Assembly (NCBI RefSeq): GCF_003334305.1
Contig: NZ_QOWS01000052.1
Strand: one strand, 5' to 3'
Length of the DNA stretch: 3,595 nucleotides
From: Escherichia coli
GTDB taxonomy: Bacteria > Pseudomonadota > Gammaproteobacteria > Enterobacterales > Enterobacteriaceae
The translations under genes and the position numbers were made by a program. Below, piece by piece: positions 1-3,595 of this stretch. The notes below the pieces were generated by a model that was not told the DNA's origin, made no database searches, and saw only the letters and a program-made list of their open reading frames with translations. Numbering within the stretch: position 1 is the stretch's first letter; each line of letters opens with the position of its first letter.

Positions 1-135
1 TTACATAAGATCATTGATACTCAACGTATCGACATGATCATTGTTGATGAAGGCATTCCTGCGGATAGTCTGGAAGGCTTGCGAAAGGCTGGGGTTGAAG
101 TGATTCTGGTCGGGGAGCTCGCGTCTTCGCTGTGA
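1..135 (+). CDS. agaR: 3' end (last 44 codons plus TGA) of a DeoR-family sugar-responsive transcriptional repressor, AgaR-like; 5' part lies upstream of the window
   Basis: Frame 1 is open from base 1 to TGA at 133-135 and reads [44 protein letters not shown], a typical C-terminal end of a DeoR-type effector domain. The symbol rests on memory of E. coli AgaR and on convergent synteny with a garD-like gene; not verified by search. Confidence 0.55.
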
Positions 136-140
136 TTCAC

Positions 141-171
141 TATGCCCGATAAACAAGCGTTATCGGGCATA
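141..171. terminator. Perfect 12-bp inverted repeat (TATGCCCGATAA / TTATCGGGCATA, 7-nt loop) between convergent genes; probable bidirectional terminator
   Basis: 141-152 pairs exactly with 160-171. It lies between the + strand stop at 133-135 and the - strand stop at 198-200. There is no long T tract on either side, so the assignment rests on position and stem length. Confidence 0.5.
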
Positions 172-197
172 ATACAACTTAATGTATGAAGAGAATA

Positions 198-1354
198 TCA
201 GGCCACCGGTGCCGGGTTAAACACTGCCAGCTGGTTATGCAATCCCCATTGATCCGAGATGGTTTTCTTCTTCCCGCTGGCGACGTCGAGAATAAAGTGG
301 AACAACTTCCAGCCCACCTCTTCAATGGTCTCTTCGCCGGTAGCGATAGTGCCTGCGTTAATATCCATTAAATCAAACCAGTGGTTCGCCAGCCCGGTGC
401 GGGTCGCCATTTTAATGACGGGTACCTCCATCAGGCCGTACGGCGTACCACGGCCGGTCGTAAACACTTGCACGGTGATACCCGAAGCCACCTGTTGCGT
501 GCCACAGACAAAATCGCTGGCTGGCGTCGCGGCGTAAATTAATCCGCGTTTAGTCGGGTGTTGACCGGGCGACAGCACTTCAACAAGTGCGGTTTTACCC
601 GATTTAGCAATGGAGCCGAGTGCTTTCTTTACCACGTTGGCGAGGCCGCCCTTTTTGTTGCCCGGCGAAGGGTTGGCGCTGCGGTCGGTTTTGCCCATAT
701 CGGGATAGTTATCGTATCAGGCCATCTCTTCGAGCAGACGCCTGCCCACTTCTTCATTGATGGCGCGTGGCGTTAACAGATGAATGGCGTCGCGTACTTC
801 AGTGACTTCGGAGAACATCACCGTTGCGCCGCAGCGCACCAGCAGGTCAGAGTCGTAGCCGACAGCGCGGGGTTAGTGGTAACGCCGGAGAACGCGTCGC
901 TGCCACCGCACTGCATGCCCACCACCATCACTTCGCCACCGAAGTTTGGGTTCAGCGCAATATTATGGATGGTGCGAATTGGCACCACGGCGGCCGGTAC
1001 ATTAATCGCTACGCCACAGCCGTAGAGGTGGTTCAAGTCGACCACGCCGTCGATGCTCAGGTATTTCGGCAGCAGGTCGCGTTCGATAATTTTAACCACG
1101 TAGTCCTCAACGTCTGCCATGCAGTGCACGCTGGTGGTAATACCCAACAGGTTTTTGGTGCCCACGCTGCCGTCGGCGTTGCGGTAACCTTCAAAGGTGT
1201 AATCTTCCTGCGGCGGCTGCGGCTCCGGCACTTTGGTCGCCCGAGGCAGGGTGTTAAGCGGCGGCGCTTTCGGTAGCGTGACCGTGGATTCGTCGATCCA
1301 GCTGCCTTTGGCGACATCGCGTACCGTGTAACCGATAGCGAATGATTTCACCAT
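198..1354 (-). pseudogene. garD: Galactarate/altronate dehydratase family (GarD/UxaA-like) gene remnant, disrupted by an in-frame stop and a frameshift and apparently lacking N-terminal and internal segments
   Basis: ORFs 198-698 and 818-1450 on the - strand are in different frames. Both carry family motifs ([20 protein letters not shown]-terminal FNPAPVA; SWIDES, GYRNADGSVGTKN, HLYGCGV, MQCGGSDAFSG). Re-reading the gap in the downstream frame gives continuous protein-like sequence ([24 protein letters not shown]...LLEEMA) ending at an in-frame TGA (717-719 on +), six codons before MGKTD. The frame switch lies within 858-876. Sequence upstream of about 1355 has no family resemblance. Confidence 0.7.
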
Positions 1355-1516
1355 TATGAGGAAGGTTGTTATCCCTTTTCTGGCGTATTCGTCATTCCAT
1401 TCGTATCCCCGGTACCGGATGTTTATATCGTACAGTGCCGGTGCTGGCATGCTTTCCTGCAGGTCTGCACCGGTTTAACAAACAAAACTTAACAGAGTCT
1501 GAAGGAGTAGTATTCC

Positions 1517-1654
1517 GTGCAAATAACCGAAGCGTTACTTTCAGAGCCGGGAGATATCTGGCGTTTTGTTCAGCAGGCGGTGGACCACTGGCCGCGTCTG
1601 CTGGCAGTCCACTTCACGCGTCATTCGACCAGAGTAAATATTGATGATTACTAG
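1517..1654 (+). CDS. Candidate small ORF (45 aa, GTG start) with a strong Shine-Dalgarno; hypothetical
   Basis: GAAGGAG at 1501-1507 lies 9 nt before GTG at 1517. The ORF reads MQITEALLSEPGDIWRFVQQAVDHWPRLLAVHFTRHSTRVNIDDY with stop TAG at 1652-1654. It is below the length cutoff of the ORF track. No family recognised; it could be the N-terminal stump of a destroyed gene. Confidence 0.3.
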   Translation: MQITEALLSEPGDIWRFVQQAVDHWPRLLAVHFTRHSTRVNIDDY

Positions 1655-2127
1655 ATTCGTGTATTTTATCAGGCATTTTACTTGCGAATAAATCCCCTTG
1701 CTATCCAGCGAAACCACTCAGGTAGCTATTACCATATGTGGTAATACACTAGTTACAGGAAAAATATGCAAGTTCCGCAATACGTTGTGTGTTGCTCCTT
1801 AGCCAGGATCTTTTCTTCCATGCGAGATATGACAACAATTTTGAGGAAGGATGTTCGTAACTGGTAGAGTTACTACAACAAGCATGGGAGGCTCTGACTC
1901 TGACAGACATTGTACTGTGGAATGTTGTTACAGGTTGGGGCGGCAACCGTGCCAGGAGACCATGAGCCGTTCACGGCATTAAAGGCCACACTTCAGTCGT
2001 TTACATTCCCTATGGTGGCAGGCATCTTCCATTAAGGCGTCAGAGCGTTACCAACGTTATGTTGTCATGGCTCATCTTTCATAGTCGATGCTTATCTGGT
2101 GGCTGAAACTAGCCGCAGATAAAGAGT

Positions 2128-2560
2128 GTGAAGTTGATACCATGGAGTGGAGTGACGTGCAGGCAGGAGATTCGCTCTATGCAGGGTTGTGAGATGAATT
2201 CAAACCGGCTGGCAGCGCCAGTGATATTCGAAGATTCGTCCGGTTGTTACCCAGTATGCATTAAAAACCCAGACATTATGGACAATATAACGGCTTCTAC
2301 AACAAGGAAGTGCCTGTTTACCATCCGGGTGTAATGACTCACCTTTGTGGGCTTTTGCCCGTCGCGCTCTTAACGTTGAAGACATTCTCTGCCTGCTGAT
2401 TCAGGACTGCGACAAAAGCCATATCTGGCTACTGGTCAAGGATGACCAGCGTCTGGAGTAGGTGATAAGCCAAATAGATAAGCTGGAATATGTGGTGAAA
2501 GTGCAACGTAATCAGTCCAATCCGACGATGTTTAACAAGATTGTGGTGTTTTTTCAGTAA
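2128..2560 (+). other. Possible decayed + strand coding remnant convergent with the DeoR regulator gene; identity unknown
   Basis: An ORF at 2179-2334 (51 aa) has AGGAG 9 nt upstream of its ATG. A second frame is open 2291-2457 (…[31 protein letters not shown]), hits an in-frame TAG at 2458-2460, then continues [32 protein letters not shown] to TAA at 2558-2560, one base from the regulator stop at 2562-2564. Open-frame lengths are only weakly above chance. Confidence 0.2.
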
Positions 2561-2561
2561 G

Positions 2562-3344
2562 TCATTCGTCTTCTGAATCAGGTGTAATGATCTTTACAGA
2601 ACCATTCTGGCAGTGCGTAACATAATCTGCCGGTAACGGACGATCGCTAATCAGAACGTCAAATGCAGAGATCGGTGCGAGGCTGGCAGAGGCCACTTCA
2701 TCGAACAACGCGTGGCGGGCGAGCAAAATTTTCCGTAGTCCACGGTTCATCGCTTTACGCTTAGTGGCAAGATCTTCAGGGTTAAACCAGCTGACGCCAA
2801 AGTGATTATGCACACCGCTGGCGGAAATAAATATTTTTCGCGGATTGAGAGAGTCTAATGGCGAAGAGTTACTGGCATCGTAAAAAGCATCACTTCTGGC
2901 ACGATACGTACCACCACAAAGTATTGCTGTTACATTAGGCTTTTCATTCAACGCAACAAAGACGCGATGTGAGTAACAGATGCCGGTGAAGGTGATTGCA
3001 TCCGGGATCATGCTTATAACGAGTGGTATCTCCTGGCCATTATCAAAGAAGATCAGATCATTTTCATTAACCATTCCGGCAGCCAGAATTGCAATAGGTA
3101 AGTCATCACGATGATTTTTTGGAACGTCATGGATTACTGGCATGGATGGCGCGGGTTTATTCACCATTACAATATAGCCACCCAGTAGGGTCAGTGGCAG
3201 AGGTTCATCTTCCTGATGGAGATCGCGACGAATAGTCATTACAGAAACTTCCAGCATTCGCGCTGCGTCTTTCAAATGGATTCTGTCGGTTTTCTTAAGC
3301 AGTTCCATCAAACGTCGGATACGCTCTTTTTGCTTCGTTTCCAT
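2562..3344 (-). CDS. ygbI: DeoR-family transcriptional regulator, 260 aa (N-terminal HTH plus DeoR C-terminal effector domain); YgbI-like
   Basis: Intact 261-codon ORF in the track; the likely true start is the ATG at 3344-3342, with GGAG 9 nt upstream on the - strand. HTH signature IHLKDAARMLEVSVMTIRRDL near the N-terminus and DeoR C-domain features (DLIFFDNG, AILCGGTY, KIFISASGVH, FDVLISD). The symbol is from memory of the E. coli YgbI N-terminus (METKQKERIRRL…) and is less certain than the family. Confidence 0.85.
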   Translation of the reverse strand: METKQKERIRRLMELLKKTDRIHLKDAARMLEVSVMTIRRDLHQEDEPLPLTLLGGYIVMVNKPAPSMPVIHDVPKNHRDDLPIAILAAGMVNENDLIFFDNGQEIPLVISMIPDAITFTGICYSHRVFVALNEKPNVTAILCGGTYRARSDAFYDASNSSPLDSLNPRKIFISASGVHNHFGVSWFNPEDLATKRKAMNRGLRKILLARHALFDEVASASLAPISAFDVLISDRPLPADYVTHCQNGSVKIITPDSEDE

Positions 3345-3362
3345 CAACTCTCTCTCCGTAAG

Positions 3363-3382
3363 AATGTTATAAAAATAACATT
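3363..3382. promoter_or_regulatory. Perfect 8-4-8 inverted repeat AATGTTAT-AAAA-ATAACATT in the regulator's 5' region; candidate operator
   Basis: 3363-3370 is the exact reverse complement of 3375-3382, lying 19-38 bp upstream of the ATG at 3344. A further AACATT hexamer and a 5-1-5 palindrome AAACA-T-TGTTT occur at 3394-3404. A single IR of this size is near chance expectation for a window this long, so support comes mainly from its position. Confidence 0.3.
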
Positions 3383-3595
3383 TTGGCGTTAGTAAACATT
3401 GTTTTCATTACCATACTATACGACCGCCCCTTTGAAATGAAAAGGGTATAGGCTGCTGAGTTTTGGGCACTAATCTTGTTAGGTTGCTTATGATTAGATA
3501 GTGTTGGCCTGAGTGATGAGACTGGAAGTCTATTAAATAAACATCGGGTTGATGTGCTAATCGCGATCTCAGTCACAAATGATGCAAAAGTAACA

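Noticed and set aside
259-1276. + strand ORFs 259-537, 558-776, 780-1025 and 824-1276
   Set aside because: They lie antisense to the GC-rich dehydratase coding sequence, have low-complexity Arg/Ala/Val-rich translations and no RBS; typical shadow ORFs.
1057-1317. - strand ORF, 86 aa, Arg/Lys-rich
   Set aside because: An alternative frame inside the dehydratase remnant; low complexity and no family resemblance.
1355-1474. N-terminal extension of ORF 818-1450 (MPAPALYDINIRYRGYEWNDEYARKG…)
   Set aside because: Open frame but no resemblance to the SAF-type N-terminus of this dehydratase family and no RBS; treated as read-through past the truncation point.
1366-1644. + strand ORF, 92 aa, TTG start
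   Set aside because: Arg/Gly/Ala-rich low-complexity translation with a non-ATG start, overlapping the better-supported 45-aa ORF in another frame.
1357-1850. Repeated TGAGGAAGG (1357-1365 and 1842-1850; about 18 of 22 matches when extended)
   Set aside because: A 9-mer exact repeat is expected many times by chance in 3.6 kb; no flanking structure suggests a mobile element.
1749-1946. - strand ORF, 65 aa
   Set aside because: Ser/Cys-rich low-complexity translation with no convincing RBS.
2200-2385. - strand ORF, 61 aa
   Set aside because: No Shine-Dalgarno, basic low-complexity sequence, antisense to the + strand frames.
2417-2430. Hairpin AGCCA-TATC-TGGCT followed on the - strand by TTTG, about 130 nt past the regulator stop
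   Set aside because: Only a 5-bp stem and a short U run; too weak to call a terminator.
3428-3446. 6-bp stem-loop CCCTTT-GAAATGA-AAAGGG upstream of the regulator
   Set aside because: Short AT-rich stem, within chance expectation; no supporting context.
3367-3576. - strand ORF, 69 aa, in the regulator's upstream region
   Set aside because: Lies in an AT-rich promoter region upstream of the regulator gene, with no RBS and a composition typical of non-coding DNA.
1-3595. Scan for tRNA, CRISPR repeats, IS terminal inverted repeats and REP elements
   Set aside because: No T-loop-like GGTTCGAATCC motif, no spaced direct repeats, and no recognisable IS ends (checked by eye against remembered IS1/IS3-type termini) were found.

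Overview
Enterobacterial-looking window (E. coli-like) with no convincing novel system; the notable content is a decayed, gene-poor junction between two DeoR-regulator loci. All identifications are from reading the sequence and from memory of protein families; nothing was searched. Layout: (1) 1-135 (+) is the 3' end of a DeoR-family repressor gene, AgaR-like. (2) A perfect 12-bp hairpin at 141-171 sits in the 62-bp convergent spacer. (3) 198-1354 (-) is a GarD/UxaA-family dehydratase gene that is clearly a pseudogene: an in-frame TGA, a frameshift, and apparently missing N-terminal and internal segments. (4) 1355-2561 is a ~1.2 kb lower-GC tract with no ORF of convincing length, containing a 45-aa ORF with a strong RBS, short palindromes and a possible decayed + strand gene. 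(5) 2562-3344 (-) is an intact DeoR-family regulator (YgbI-like), with a palindromic candidate operator in its 5' region. No tRNA, rRNA, CRISPR array or recognisable IS end was seen.
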